DNA of 64,000 nucleotides from Octopus vulgaris (lineage: Eukaryota), in the NCBI GenBank assembly GCA_951406725.2, contig OX597815.1, positions 175,336,001 through 175,400,000 of the forward strand, given 5' to 3'. Position 1 is the first letter of the stretch, and the number at the start of each line of letters is the position of its first letter. The position numbers and the translations under genes were made by a program. Below the pieces are notes generated by a model. The model did no database searches. It was not told where the DNA came from and saw nothing but the letters and a program-made list of their open reading frames with translations. Shown piece by piece: positions 51,545 through 64,000 of the stretch.

Positions 51545-54500
51545 GGCCCCCCCCCCTGAGAACGCCAGTGCGAAAATTAGAATGACTGGAGCATGCACAA
51601 GAAAGCAAAGATGGCCACCAATCACAAACAACAAGATGTGGTACAAAATACAATACAAAATGTGAAATTGAGAAAAAATAATCACAAGCAATGTAAAAGG
51701 CGCATGCACAAAATATTTTATAGAGTTCAATGACAAGGCATTGGTATTGTTCAGCACACGAGAAAACAATTGTCTGTCACAGGAAGAAAAAAGTTAGATG
51801 TAAATAGTTCTAGTGAGTTTTTTGGGCCAATGCACTGTGTGGCCTGTCCTGGTGACATAGGGTTTGTTCGTGTTAAGTAGTGGCGACGTAGGTGGAGGTG
51901 GTGATGGAGTAGTCAAAGGTGCATGTGCAGGTGGTTGTAAAGGATCAAAAGTGGGCGTGGTTGGGGTGTCATCGAAGGGTGTGGACACCTCAAAATGTGC
52001 CCTTTTAAGTCTGTTGACCGACACGGTCCCTGCCCGACCATTGATGCCGAGACTAAAAGTCTTATAAGGAGAAATGAGAGGTCCTTTGACAGAATCATCC
52101 CGAACAAAAACATGAGTCCATCTGTCAATGTCTGGTGGGAGTGAGAGGGAATAGACTGGTCACGCAGATGCATGGGTGGAAGACTTGAGAAATATGAGCA
52201 AAGCCTGGTGATATACAATGTTGGATCAGGATGGGACAAATTGTTTGTCACCAACATTGTGCCAGGGAGTGCCAGGATGGTACAGTAAAGGAGTTCAGCA
52301 GAGGAGAAACCTAAGTCTGTTTTAACAGCAGTGCAACAACCAAGAACGATAGGCAGGAATTCTGTCCAAGACTGTGGATCAGGAGTGGCACGTAGAGCAG
52401 CCTTCAGTTGCCTGTGAAAACGTACGACCAGTGTGGTAGATGGTTGTACGAATGTGGTGAACGCCTAGGAATCGTGATAATTCACCAAAAAAAAAAAAAA
52501 GGAAACTTCGAACTGGCATCCACGATCAGTGGTTATTTTAGCTGGGACACCAAAGCAAGCAATCCAGTTAGAAACGAAAGCTCAAGCAACTGACTCAGCG
52601 TAAATATCCACTATTGGAACGGCTTCAGGCCAACGAGAGAAACGATCGACGTATGTCAGTATGTAAGAGAACCTGCGACTGACTGGCCATGGTCCAACCA
52701 GATCAATGTGGACATGGCGAAAGCAAGTCTCCGGCAGAGAAAACTGTCCAAGAGGAGCGTGAATGTGCCTGTGGACTTTAGAACGCTGGCATTTCACACA
52801 AGAGCATGCCCAAGCAGTGCATATTAAGCCAGAAAAACCAAGCCGTAATAAGCTTCACCGAGGCAGCGATGCCAGGATGTGACAGTGAATGCAAGGCATC
52901 AAAAACACAACGCTGGTGGGTCGCAGGTACAAACAATCTGGGAGAACCAGTAGCTGTGTCACAAAGGATTGTGCCTTCAGCAGACGCAAGTGGAAGATAG
53001 GCAAACTTGCAACAGGACAGCTTGGTGGAAGTTAGATCCAATGTGTCCAGAGCTGGCTGATCCTGCGCAATGGCAGGTAAACTGATTGCAGCAGGAATTG
53101 ACAAAGAACATACAAGGAGACGAGAGAGTGCGTCAGCAGGTACGCTCTCTGTTCCAGGTATGTGCCGAATGTCACTCGTGAACTGGGAAATGTAGTCCAG
53201 GTGACGAAAAGCACGAGGCGAGTGTTTGTCTGATTTAGATGACAGAGCAAATGTAAGAGGCTTGTGGTCAGCATAAATCACAAAATCCCAGCCCTCGAGT
53301 TGATGTTGAAAGTGACAAACTGACAGGTAGATCGCTAAAAGTTCGCGATCAAATGTACTGTAACGATGTTCAGATAGCTTTAATTGACGAGAAAAAATGC
53401 CAAAGGCCGAGTTTCGTTGTCGACAGTATGTTGCAAAACAGCACCAACTGCAGAATCTGATGCATCAACTGTTAAAGAGAGATGAGCATCAGGAGCCGGA
53501 TGTGCAAGCAAGGGAACAGAAGCTATTTCCTTCTTAATGGACTCAAACGAAGATAATGCCTTGGCAGAGAGGGTGATGGAAGCATCTCTTTTTGTATTTG
53601 CTTTCAGTAGTTGAGTCAATGGAAGTAACTTGTGTGTACATTTACGTATGAAGCGTCCATAGAAGTTGACGGTTCCCAAAAAATGACGCAATTGGCATAG
53701 AGATGTGGGAGGTGAGACGTGTTGAAGTGCATCGACTTTGGAAGAGAGAGGTCTAATACCATTAGATTCGATATAATGCCCCAGAAATTCCAAAGAGGAC
53801 TGCATGAAAATACACTTATCGGGGTTGATTCGCACATTGTAGGTGCGAAGATGTTGGAAAAGTTGAGATAAGTGTTGGAGGTGATTTTCACGCGTGTCAC
53901 TAGCTATGAGCAAATCATCGACATAAGCGAACACAAAGTCAATTCCACGGACTTCATTGATAAACTTCTGGAATGCACTCTTTGCATTCTGCAAACTGAA
54001 GCTCATAAACAGGAGCTTGAAACTTCCAAAGGGGTGGTAATGGCAGTTTTGGGAATGTCGTCAGAGTTCATTGGAATCTGATGATATGCTCGGATGAGGT
54101 CAACCTTGGAAAAAATGGTGCAATCATGCAAGTTCGAAGAAAAATCCTGGAGATTTCTTATAGGATAGCGATCGGGAACAGTGACCGCATTTAAATGTCT
54201 GTAATCCCCTACCGGGCAAAAGTCTGAATCCCCTTTTCTTGCTAAATGTAGAGGAGATGCCCAAGGGCTGGTGGAGAGGTGAATAAGGCCGAGTTGAAGC
54301 ATATGTTCGAACTCAGAACGAGCTTTTTTGAGCCGATCAGGAGTGAGTCACTGTGGACGCGAAAAAATGGGTAGTCCAGAAGTAGTGATATAATGGAAAG
54401 TTGAGCGTGTGACTTTCACTGATTTGAAAGTAGGATCCACCAGCTTTGGGGAAGAAGCCAAAGGGGAGTGGAACTGGTCACCAGCAGTGGTGACAAAAAA

Positions 54501-54660
54501 TTACAGGCTGAAAACAGCATTAGTAGTAACGCGAGTAGGTGTGAACAAAGACGTAGAATCATCCACGAGTCTCTGTTGCCTGACATCTACAAATAGGTGA
54601 AAATGGTTTAAGAAGTCCACGCCCAGAATGGGATATGGTAGATCTGCTCTAACAAAAACC
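51102..54660 (-). mobile_element. Ty3/Gypsy LTR retrotransposon, 5'-truncated pol plus 3' LTR
   Basis: Order is protease end (PILGVDFL), RT (SPWASPLHL, GDYRHLN, FSKVDLIRAYHQIP, AYVDDLLIAS), RNase H (VDASDSAVGAVL, DHKPL), integrase (HSLSHPG, HVHIDLVGP, DRFSRWPEA). Frameshifted. Confidence 0.93.
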
Positions 54661-55068
54661 CCACCTCCCTTTTATGAAGATTGATAAGATGATCTTTGGA
54701 GAAGAAGCAGTTCTGATCATCATTGTAATACCATTGATTATTGTGACTGTCCAAACACATCTGAGAAGTTCAGTGTCATATGTCAATTAGTCAAGACGAA
54801 TATAGAAAAAATAATAGCTGCTTTTGCTGTCTACATCTCTTAATATTTGTTTCAAATTTTGGCACATGCCACCAATTTCAGGGTAGGGGCTAAGTCGATT
54901 AAATTGAACCCAGGGCTCAATTGGTACTTATTTTATCGATTCCAAAAGGATGAAAGGCAAAGTCGACACAGGTGACATTTGAACCCAGAATGTAAAGACG
55001 GACGAAATGCTTCTAAGCATTTTGTCTGGCATACTAACGATTCCGCCAGCTTCCCACCTTCATCTTTT

Positions 55069-55494
55069 GGCAATCTTTCGTCTCTAGTAGACCTTTCCGT
55101 CGATTTCCGTAAAAAACTTTTTTTTTTTACATATGGGCTTGCGGGAACTTTTGAAGTAATGAGAGCGAAAGAGACTAAGAGAAAGCGATTGTATGACGAG
55201 GGAAGTTCTTTTGAAGTTACCGTGCATGGGAGCATTGATGGACATGTGTGTGTGCGTGCGTGTGTGTGTGTTTGATGGGGTGTGGGAGACAGACAGTATG
55301 TTGTGTAAGTGAAGTGCTTCTGTTAGTGTGTGTGAAGAGACAGAGTAATGTGTGAAAGAAAGAGAAAACTGAAATTTTTTACTCGGTGTATATGTATGTA
55401 TATTACTTCAAAAGTTCCCGCAAGCCCATATGTAAAAAAAAAATTTTTTTTTACGGAAATCGACGGAAAGGTCTACTAGAGACGAAAGATCGCC
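55069..55494. mobile_element. MITE with about 92-bp TIRs and 8-bp TSD, Merlin-like
   Basis: TIRs begin GGCAATCTTTCGTCTCTAGTAGACC and end GGTCTACTAGAGACGAAAGATCGCC. TSD CATCTTTT at 55061-55068 and 55495-55502. Confidence 0.85.
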
Positions 55495-55795
55495 CATCTT
55501 TTAATATTGTCAGCAGTTCATTTGGAAGGGAGCAGTTAAATACGGTTCAATGTGAGATACTATAAATGAAAAGAATGGATTGAACCAGAATCGGTGAATA
55601 ACCATATAAGCTATTTAATAGCAAACAGTACCCGTTAGTTTTACTAAAACGATTAAATTAAATACTGATTAGGAGGTAACGATTTGAACACAGTATAGCC
55701 ACGAATTGTTACCTTCTTGTTTGAAAATCACCTGCTTGTCTGTATAATGCCATACAAGAAGCAAAAGATTACATAGATTAAATTATTATTATTTG

Positions 55796-56143
55796 CAAAG
55801 GTGGGCATCGTTAACCAAAAAGTTAACTTCGATAACTGTTAATCAGTTAATTCTTTCAAAATGTAATGGAAGTTATCGATAAACCATTAACATTAATTTT
55901 TATCATAGAAAAAAAAAACATCTAAAAACACTTTTAAAAAGTGACAAAACTATAAAATCCGTGAATTTCAATTGAATTGAAGTTAACAGAAGTTAACTCA
56001 GATCAACTTGAGTTAACGGAAGTTAAATATAACAGAAGGTAATTAGTCCAATAATGATTTCCAAAGTTAATTTAAAAAGTTAAATCGCTAATGAAAATGT
56101 TAATTTTGTTAATTACGGATTAACGGTTTGGTGCCCAGCTATG
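55796..56143. mobile_element. hAT-type MITE
   Basis: Imperfect TIRs CAAAGGTGGGCATC / GGTGCCCAGCTATG, perfect 8-bp TSD ATTATTTG (55788-55795 and 56144-56151), many internal GTTAA(C) motifs. Confidence 0.8.
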
Positions 56144-57368
56144 ATTATTTGATGGAAAAGGTTAACAGCTCTTATTTGTAGTGGTTTTTTTTTTTTCCAT
56201 ATTCCTGTGAAAAAACAAAAAAAAAAAACTGTTTTAGAAAGCCTCTGTCTACATTAATTAAACCAAGGAAGGTCTGGGTGGAATCAACTAATATTATCAA
56301 TGTTGACCAAGAGAATTCAGAAGGAATAACACAAAGCATATTACATGATAATAAACAATTCTTTAAACATTCAAAACATGGAAAATGTTATGACTAAATA
56401 GAGAGACTACATGGGATCCATTGGGGTTTGGCTCCGCAGGACTAAAAAAAGTTCAAAAGGGAACAGAGATACGCATTAAAATAAGTGAAGAGAATGCAAT
56501 GAAAAGAGACTTCTCTGTTTGTTAACCTTGAACACATTCTACTTTTATCACTTAACTTCTCTCGGGTGGTAAACTGGCAGAATCATTAGCACGCTGGATG
56601 AAATGCTTAGCGGTCACTACATTTCTGAGTTCAAATTCCGCCAAGGTCAACTTTGCCTTTTATCCTTTGAAGATCGATAATGTAAGTACCAGTAAAACAC
56701 TGGGGTTGATGTAATCGTCTATACTGCTCCCCACAAAATCCAGGCATTTAGTAGAAAGAATTATTTAATTCTCTAAGGTGGCAAGCCAACAGAATCATTA
56801 GCAAGCCAACAGAATCATTAGCAAGCCAAGCAGCATTTTGTCTATCTTTACATTCTGAGTTCTGAATTCCACCGAGGTTGACTTTGCCTTTCATCTTTTG
56901 GGGCTGGTAAAATAAGTACCAGATGAACATTGGTGTCAATCTAATCGACTAGGCCCCTTCCCTGAAATTGCTGGCCTTGTGGCAAAATTTGAAGCCGTCA
57001 TTTAACTCCTCTGTGTTTGGATATTTATTCTACCCTCGAATTTCCTTTATTATTCTAATGATTATTACGCAGCCGTGATATTTCTTTCTTACAGATCCAT
57101 TTGGGTCATTTTTGAGGTACAAATAATTTGTTTTTGATAAAGAATTTCATCTTGCATTTAAATGAAGGGAAAACTTGGTTCCAACTTTGGGATGATCTAT
57201 GTTGGCTAAAATGAAACATTAAAATAAGGCACATGATTAGGTTTGTTATTGTTTTTAAATATTGAAATACCATTGTTTGGGAAATTATTGATGTGTAGAG
57301 CCCAAGACATTTCGTTTTCTTTTTAACACCATCATAGAATAATATAATATAAACATTTTTTTCATAAG

Positions 57369-57478
57369 GAGCTCCATGAGAAATTCAGTCAACAGACGCC
57401 GAGGTTGCTGTTGAGTTTTGCTGGACCAGCACCGATTGAGAAGATTGAAGTTGGGTTTGAAGTAGAAAAGATTAGTCC
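57369..57478 (+). CDS. GH18 chitinase gene B, exon 4
   Basis: Acceptor ttcataag, donor GTAAGT. It is 110 nt (phase 0 in, 2 out) and encodes ELHEKFSQQTPRLLLSFAGPAPIEKIEVGFEVEKIS-P, bridging exons 3 and 5 in frame. Not in the ORF track. Confidence 0.85.
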
Positions 57479-57646
57479 GTAAGTATTTGTGGTTGCTGTT
57501 TTACTGTTCCAGCCTCTGCTGCTGCTGCTGCTTCTACTGCTGCTGTTGTGGTTGCTGTTGTTGCTATTGTTGTTGTTGCTTCTACTGCTGATAATGAATG
57601 AATGTTATTTCTTACTAGTTGATGTTTTCCTAGGACTGATTGTAAT

Positions 57647-57932
57647 CAATGGCTCCCAAACATTTTGGGGTTGCTGTCCCCTTGACATCCAGACCACATT
57701 CCCAGCGCTCCCACCCCAACTAACCATCACAAACTCAGACCTCTCTCTGAAGCAAATGCAAAGCAATTGTTTTTCACAAATAAAACTTAACCTGATCAAC
57801 CCATTATTTTGTTGTTTTCACATGAATCGCCCCTTTTGGCTATTCCATTAACACCCCACTTTTCTTCAACATCCCCTTGGAATTTTCCACCCCCCCAGGG
57901 AGGTGTAATACCACCCACTTTGAGAACCACTG
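57647..57932. mobile_element. hAT (Charlie-like) MITE
   Basis: Ends CAATGGCTCCCAAA / TTTGAGAACCACTG. 8-bp TSD with one mismatch (ATTGTAAT / ATCGTAAT). Confidence 0.65.
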
Positions 57933-57954
57933 ATCGTAATGATTCTACTCCTTT

Positions 57955-58940
57955 CGGAATCTCTTGTATTCTCCAAACGACAAAGAAAATACAACATTGT
58001 AAACCAAAACAATACTCTTCCTGTTTGGAAATACACATTATTTCTTGGGTTGTGTGTTGTAATTAAAGATAGAATTTTGGGTGTGTCTGAGCTGTTTCTG
58101 GCTTTTTGTAATTCTTCAAAATCTATTGCTTGGGTGCATTCTATTCCATTCTCTGTTAGAGTAGATGGGTTCTTTCTTTCGCGTAATGACTGTTTTAATT
58201 CAAGGTGTCTTTTATTCTGAACTTTTGTCCCAATCACAGTTCCAGATATTTGTTTGTGTTTTCTTGAAACCGAAGTTGTTTTGAAGGATAAATTTTGATC
58301 TCTCTATGATGAATTGACCAATATGGTCTGGAATTTCATCAAGGAATTTTCTTAGCCAAAATGCTATTGCCTTTAGTTTGTATTCCTGTGGGATTGTAGC
58401 ATACAGATTTACTACATCAAATGAAGCGATTTTTTTTCAGGAGATGGTTTAATAGATCAAGGTCATCCTTTATGAAACTTGGTACAAATTTTAAGAAAAG
58501 TTTTAACTGTATGTCAAGTTAGTTCCTAAGCCACAGACTGAGTCTACACACAATTGGTCTTCCTTTGAGATTCTTCAAAAACGATTTGTTTGTACAGAAT
58601 GAGTGATATTCTTTGCAGGCGTCATTAATTGTTTTATTTTTGAGTACTTTTGGAAGTCCGTAGAAGAAACTCATTTGGCCTATAAAACATTGTTAGATAA
58701 TCAATTTCTTTATTAGTTAAGCGTTTTTCCTTGTTGCTTTATGAGGTTGTGAAGTCTCGACATTGCTTTTGTTTGCTGGTAGTTGCTTGCTATACTGTCG
58801 TTGTATCTTGAAGGAGCAGAATTAATGCAACATTTTTGTAATGTTCTATATTTATAATAACCACAGCACTTTTCTCACCAGCTTCTTTTATAATTAAGCT
58901 ATAATTGCTTTCCAGGTTATGTATGGTTATCCATTCTGTT
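57955..58940 (-). mobile_element. Penelope-like element, RT fragment (degenerate)
   Basis: IIKEAGEKSAVVI, FYGLPKV, GRPIV, ASFDVVNLYATIP, GTVIGTKV and LITTHNP. Confidence 0.78.
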
Positions 58941-59234
58941 TGACCACACACACACAAACGCACGTGCGTGCGAGAGAGAGATCAATTGGTTTGCCGTGAA
59001 AAATTTCTAAAACTTCTTCAAGGAATACTTCTCAGCAAATCAATTTTATCCACTTTAGAAATGTTCGTTTTCACTGACGGCTGATACAAGGCCAGTACTA
59101 GTTCTAGGCTGTTACTGACACACACACACACACATACACACAGATAGATAGATAGACTGACAGCTATAGATATAAATATATATATGTGTGTATTTTGAAC
59201 CACAGTAATAAGAACTGTTTTATTTTATTGTCAG

Positions 59235-59358
59235 TTATGTGGATTTCATCAACATCATGACCTATGACTTCCATGGCTCCTGGGAAACCACCACTGGTCA
59301 CTCGAGTCCTCTTTTCCCTCTTTCAACTGACAAAGGAGATTTTATAAATTGGAATATG
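59235..59358 (+). CDS. GH18 chitinase gene B, exon 5
   Basis: Acceptor tgtcag. Encodes [27 protein letters not shown] (GH18 MxYDFHG motif). GT donor at 59359. Confidence 0.93.
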
Positions 59359-59635
59359 GTTGGTATTCAGATTTCATGCTCATGTTCTTTTTCCTTTCTA
59401 TTCTTGTAAATTATGATGAGTTGAAATACTTATAATATAACACATACAGCTATGATAAGCAGGAAGCAGAGGGTACTGAGTGTGTGATTGTTCACTTAAA
59501 ACCATTACATTTCACTTAAGAGAGTCAATGGCATTGACAGTTGAAGAGCAATAGAGAGTAACAAGGCATACATACACAGACATACGCAAATGCACCACAC
59601 GCACACACACAGAAGAACATCTATATGAAATTGTG

Positions 59636-59689
<54 letters not shown>

Positions 59690-60464
59690 TGCTTATAGGA
59701 TGTGATTTGTACACAATGGAGATTACTCTCTCAAAGTGCTGGGTGTTGAAACACCTGAAGCGGTCATGGACAGGCAAGATAACTCGCCCAGAATCCCATT
59801 GAGGAGTGATGGATACCGATGTTCCACTGTTTTGTGGCTTATCGACATCACGCACCCGAACTGACTCGGAAGCAAATCATAGCACCAGTCGCCACTATTC
59901 CATCCTTGAGTCTGGATATAGACTACCCAGCAACAGTGTTATAACACTACAAAAACCAAATCAGTAATGAACACATAAACAAGCTTATATCTCTTCTTAA
60001 CGACTTCTATGACTGCCTTCACAAATGCAACTAGACACACCACACTGTGCATTGCACTGTCAGTACATATGCGCCTTTATAAGGTTTAGGACAATTCACT
60101 CGCTATTCCCACAGGGGTGTCAGGATTTCCCCACAACACCATTATAGTTCCTAAATTTGGTGTGGTGGAGTAAGACAATGTGAACGACAATTTGTTAAAG
60201 ATAGACTAAGTCAGGATGGAAAAGAATGGCACAACCAACACAGAATTGGGAGTGCATTGCGACAAGTGGTGTATCTGGTCAGGACTGTGACAATGGATTT
60301 GGTACGGATTTAATGGAAAGCTTCATGCTTCTGAGTTCAGTTATTATTGGGATCAATAGGCTGTGATTTGGCCTGAATATTATTGAATTGCTTTCTCTTC
60401 CATCTATATTTCCTTCAGTATTCTCTCAAATACGTGCTGCCTTTTCCAAACGTTCTCTTTACAG

Positions 60465-60650
60465 GCCTATTCTGTGGCTAATTGGATTCACTTAGGAGCT
60501 CCAATAGAGAAAATCAATGTGGGTATTCCATTTTATGGCCGGTCTTTCACTTTAGCAGACCCAGCAGACAGCTCCCTTGGAGCACCAGCACCGCACGCAG
60601 GTAAAAATGGAACCATCACCAGAATTGCAGGATTTCTATCATACTTTGAG
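60465..60650 (+). CDS. GH18 chitinase gene B, exon 6
   Basis: Acceptor tttacag, donor GTAATT. Encodes AYSVANWIHLGAPIEKINVGIPFYGRSFTLAD...GTITRIAGFLSYFE. Confidence 0.94.
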
Positions 60651-60835
60651 GTAATTTCCAAACAAATGTTTGACAAGTTTTAAAGTTTAAAAGATTTTCA
60701 TAATGTGGTCTGATTAAAATAGATTTAAGGTAAATAAAAAGGTTGAGTTTTTAAACAGAATTCAGTTATTAGATGTGGTTATATTAACATTAAAAATGCG
60801 TTTAGGCTTGTGGGTCAGCAGTGTAGATTACTGAT

Positions 60836-60948
60836 CCAAATATGTTGATTAATGAGCCAAATATGTTGATTGATGAGCCAAATATGTTGATTGATGAACC
60901 AAATATGTTGATTAATGAACCAAATATGTTGATTGATGAACCAAATAT
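60836..60948. repeat. Minisatellite, 21-bp unit, 5 copies plus a partial
   Basis: CCAAATATGTTGATT(A/G)ATGA(G/A) starting at 60836, 60857, 60878, 60899, 60920 and 60941. Confidence 0.95.
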
Positions 60949-61219
60949 TTGACTTAGATTCAATTTTTATTTGCATCCTACAACTTTACTTTCTCTTGTA
61001 TTACCAGCCAGAATAAAATACATTATTAACTGTGATCTATGAGCCTAAAAGATCATTTTTACAAATAAATTATGGAGGAATTTTTTTATTGATATAGAAC
61101 TGCAAACAGTGAAGGTTTCTCTCTATGAGTGTGAGTGTGTGTGTGTGAGTGTGTGTGTGTGTGTGTGCATGTGTAAATGAATAATGTGATCAAATAGCAA
61201 AGAGAAAAGAGAAAACATT

Positions 61220-61870
61220 AGATGCAGGTATGGCTGTGTATTAGGAAGCTTGCTACCCAACCCCATGGTTCCAGTTTCAGTCCCACTGCAGAGCGCCTTG
61301 ACCAAGTATCTTCTACTTTAGCCTCAGGCCAATCGAAGCCTTGTGAGTGGATTTGGTAGACAGAAACTGGGGATGAGGTAGTGAAGCATGATCTTTCAAT
61401 GTTGGGCCTCACAGAGGCAAGGATTAGTGACCGAGAGCTTTTGCAACATGCTGTGCTTGAGTGGAAAACCCATCAAGCCAAGTGAAACTGTAATCGTGGC
61501 AGATACTGGGGTCTCACAACTGGAACCCTTGCTGGTGGCATGTAAAAGCACTTTCAGAGTGGTTGGCATTAGGAAGGGCAACAAGCCGTAGAAACCATCC
61601 CAAATCTCTCAGCTTTGGTCAAACCATCCAACCCATGCCAGCATGGACAACGGATGTTAAATGATGATGATAATGATGATGTGTGTGTGTTTCTTTATGT
61701 CTGTGTGATTACATCCCTGTAACGTTGCAGTTTTACAAAAGAGATCGATAAAATAAGGTGTCAGACTTAAAGAAAGTAAGTACTAGGCTTGATTTGTTTA
61801 ACTGAAAATTCTTCAAGGCAGTGCCCCAGCATGGCCACAGTCCAATAACTGAAATAAGTAAAAGATAAAA
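61220..61870 (+). mobile_element. SINE family 1, composite copy
   Basis: Head homologous to 1625-1805, middle homologous (inverted) to about 42710-43050, tail homologous (inverted) to about 6570-6730 and 9310-9440. Confidence 0.7.
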
Positions 61871-62124
61871 GATACTAAATATATAATTTATAATGAATAA
61901 AAACAGCAAATTTCAAGAAAAAAGTTGTAACACCCCATATTGGTTATTTAAACTTTCTCTAAAATAATTTTACAGCTGAAATTAATCTTTTAGTTTTCCT
62001 CTCCAGGTATTAAAATAGAAAAATTATTTTTGAAGAGGATTAGCTATATAGATTATAGAATTTATAGAGTGTATTTCTTCCATTATAATTGCTCTCTGTC
62101 CTAAAACATCTTTCCTCTTCTTAG

Positions 62125-62244
62125 ACCTGCAAGATGTTACAGAAAGGAGCTAAACGTCACTACATCGATGAACAGAAGGTCCCATATTTAGTGCTGGGGG
62201 ATCAATGGGTTGGATATGAAGACGTGGAAAGTGTCAGAGAAAAG
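62125..62244 (+). CDS. GH18 chitinase gene B, exon 7
   Basis: Acceptor ctcttcttag, donor GTAAGG. Encodes TCKMLQKGAKRHYIDEQKVPYLVLGDQWVGYEDVESVREK. The remaining exon(s) were not seen before 64000. Confidence 0.92.
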
Positions 62245-63066
62245 GTAAGGATTAAAACATCACAATCTGGTTTACAAGGGAATCAAACTCACCATAATTC
62301 TCATGCAATTTTTCATCCTTTGTGTTTTTTTTTCTTTTTTTCATACATATTGATTTCCAGTTGACTGAGATGAGTTAATTATAGATGAAATATCAATATA
62401 TTTCGCACCAATTAATCAAACTCAAAGTCGTTACATCAAGCTGGGTCATTTCCATCTGTTTCCACTTTCACTGATTCAGTTGAAGGAGATTAAATTTAGA
62501 ATCCAAACAACAATGGTTTGCTTCCATTCCAATGTGGGTTCCAGCTTAGCAGCGGATTAATATCTACATTTGAATAAATATTCTGATTGATCTTTGTGGT
62601 TGTTGTTGTATTTTGGTTCCAGATAGTTTCACCAAAGTCTTTGGACATCTCCATTTTAAGGTAGCTAAGAACTGTATTATATGGTGTGTGCTACCATTAA
62701 GGTGTGATTTGATGGAAATTTGAATGCTATTCCTAGCAGGTCAAGTGACCACATAAAAGCTTTCTTTTATGTGATGTTAAGATCCTTATACGTCCTGACT
62801 GAGTAGATCTAGGGTCAAAAGCATTCCTGCCATGACCAACATGTCTTTTTGTATATGAGTGACTACATTATCCAATGTATTCTTTACTTTAGACAATAAG
62901 GTGTAATTCGAGATGAGATTTGGTTGCTATTTCTAACAGGATGAGCAACTAGTGATGTGTCTGTTTTTGATTGTCAAAATATATTCATTATGCTTACCAG
63001 AATTGTGGTGAGTCTCCACCAACTCAGTGAGAAATGTTCAGGCAAAACATCTTGTGGAATGAATTA

Positions 63067-63182
<116 letters not shown>

Positions 63183-64000
63183 TGGAGGTGTTTCAGTGTG
63201 AATGTGTGTAGAAACAAGCGATGGCATGTTTGGATTGAAGCAAGCTGAACATAGCAGTAATTAACTAATTATGATAATAAACCTCTTGAGTAACGGAGTG
63301 TCTTCATTTTTCTCTTAGAGATGGTCAAGTTGTACTCCACACTCTTACTGCTATTTCCTCCAATGCATCTATTATAAATGAAATTCTTCTTCTTCTTCTC
63401 TGTCAGACTGTTTCAAACTCTACATCATCTTTTTTCTGTGTTCATTATTTGTATTGAGCCATTTCCCAGTTTCTGTTTTCTTTTCTGCTATCTATAGTTT
63501 TCATCATTGCTAAATTGATTTCTATATTTCTCATTTCTTGACTATGGTTTCATGGACATTTGGAATTGTCTTCCAATTATTCACCTATGAGAACTCGGTT
63601 GTAGGTATTCAGAAGTTCCCAGCGACAGACAATCTTCAAATTCTCTGTCATGGTTTGGATATCTAAAATAATCAAATTCTGAAAAACACCTACTTGTTCA
63701 CAAATTTGCTTGCTGAGTTCATTACTAACTCTTGCTTTGCTCACAACAACCAAATTCATGGTTTATATGGATCTCACAAACCATTCCTTTAACTCTGTTG
63801 ATGCAGTACTTTGTCAATAAAAATTATAATACTTTGTCCAGTTCAATATTTAAGAGATGAGGAATTATGTACATTAGATGGATATTTGTCCTCATCTTGT
63901 TTGTTGTTAACATTTCTACCCTCCAGCCTTCTTCAGGTGTCTTGGGGAAATTTTTGAAAATTTTTCAATGTATATTATTATATTAGTATATTAATACTAT

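Noticed and set aside
57489-57851. Poly-Leu ORF resembling a signal or transmembrane protein
   Set aside because: Derived from a degenerate (CTG/TTG)n tract plus a hAT MITE within intron 4 of gene B.
59700-60135. Possible solo LTR
   Set aside because: One end resembles TG...CA, but I could not establish the other boundary or a TSD.
60836-60948. 21-bp repeats as CRISPR or iterons
   Set aside because: Head-to-tail minisatellite with no spacers, inside an intron.

Overview
AT-rich, microsatellite- and transposon-dense eukaryotic DNA. The repeat families look like those of an octopod cephalopod (inference from recognition, not a search). I can assemble two intron-containing GH18 chitinase genes arranged head-to-head. 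Gene A is on the - strand (ATG 9761; exons 9761-9704, 6214-6043, 4186-3928, 3041-2941; continues off the left edge). Gene B is on the + strand (ATG 40322; seven exons to 62244; continues off the right edge). Both have a signal peptide, an intact DxxDxDxE catalytic motif and the same first four intron phases. The rest is a processed Hook pseudogene in intron 1 of gene A plus decayed mobile DNA: Penelope-like elements, R4/Dong-like and other RLE-type LINEs, a truncated Ty3/Gypsy element, mariners, Helitrons, hAT- and Merlin-type MITEs with 8-bp TSDs, and tRNA-derived SINEs. The least obvious signal is a set of minimal hammerhead-ribozyme motifs from several unrelated repeat families. These include a short element joining a tRNA-like Pol III head to a hammerhead, and an inverted hammerhead pair inside a chitinase intron. 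Most ORFs in the supplied track are microsatellite artefacts.
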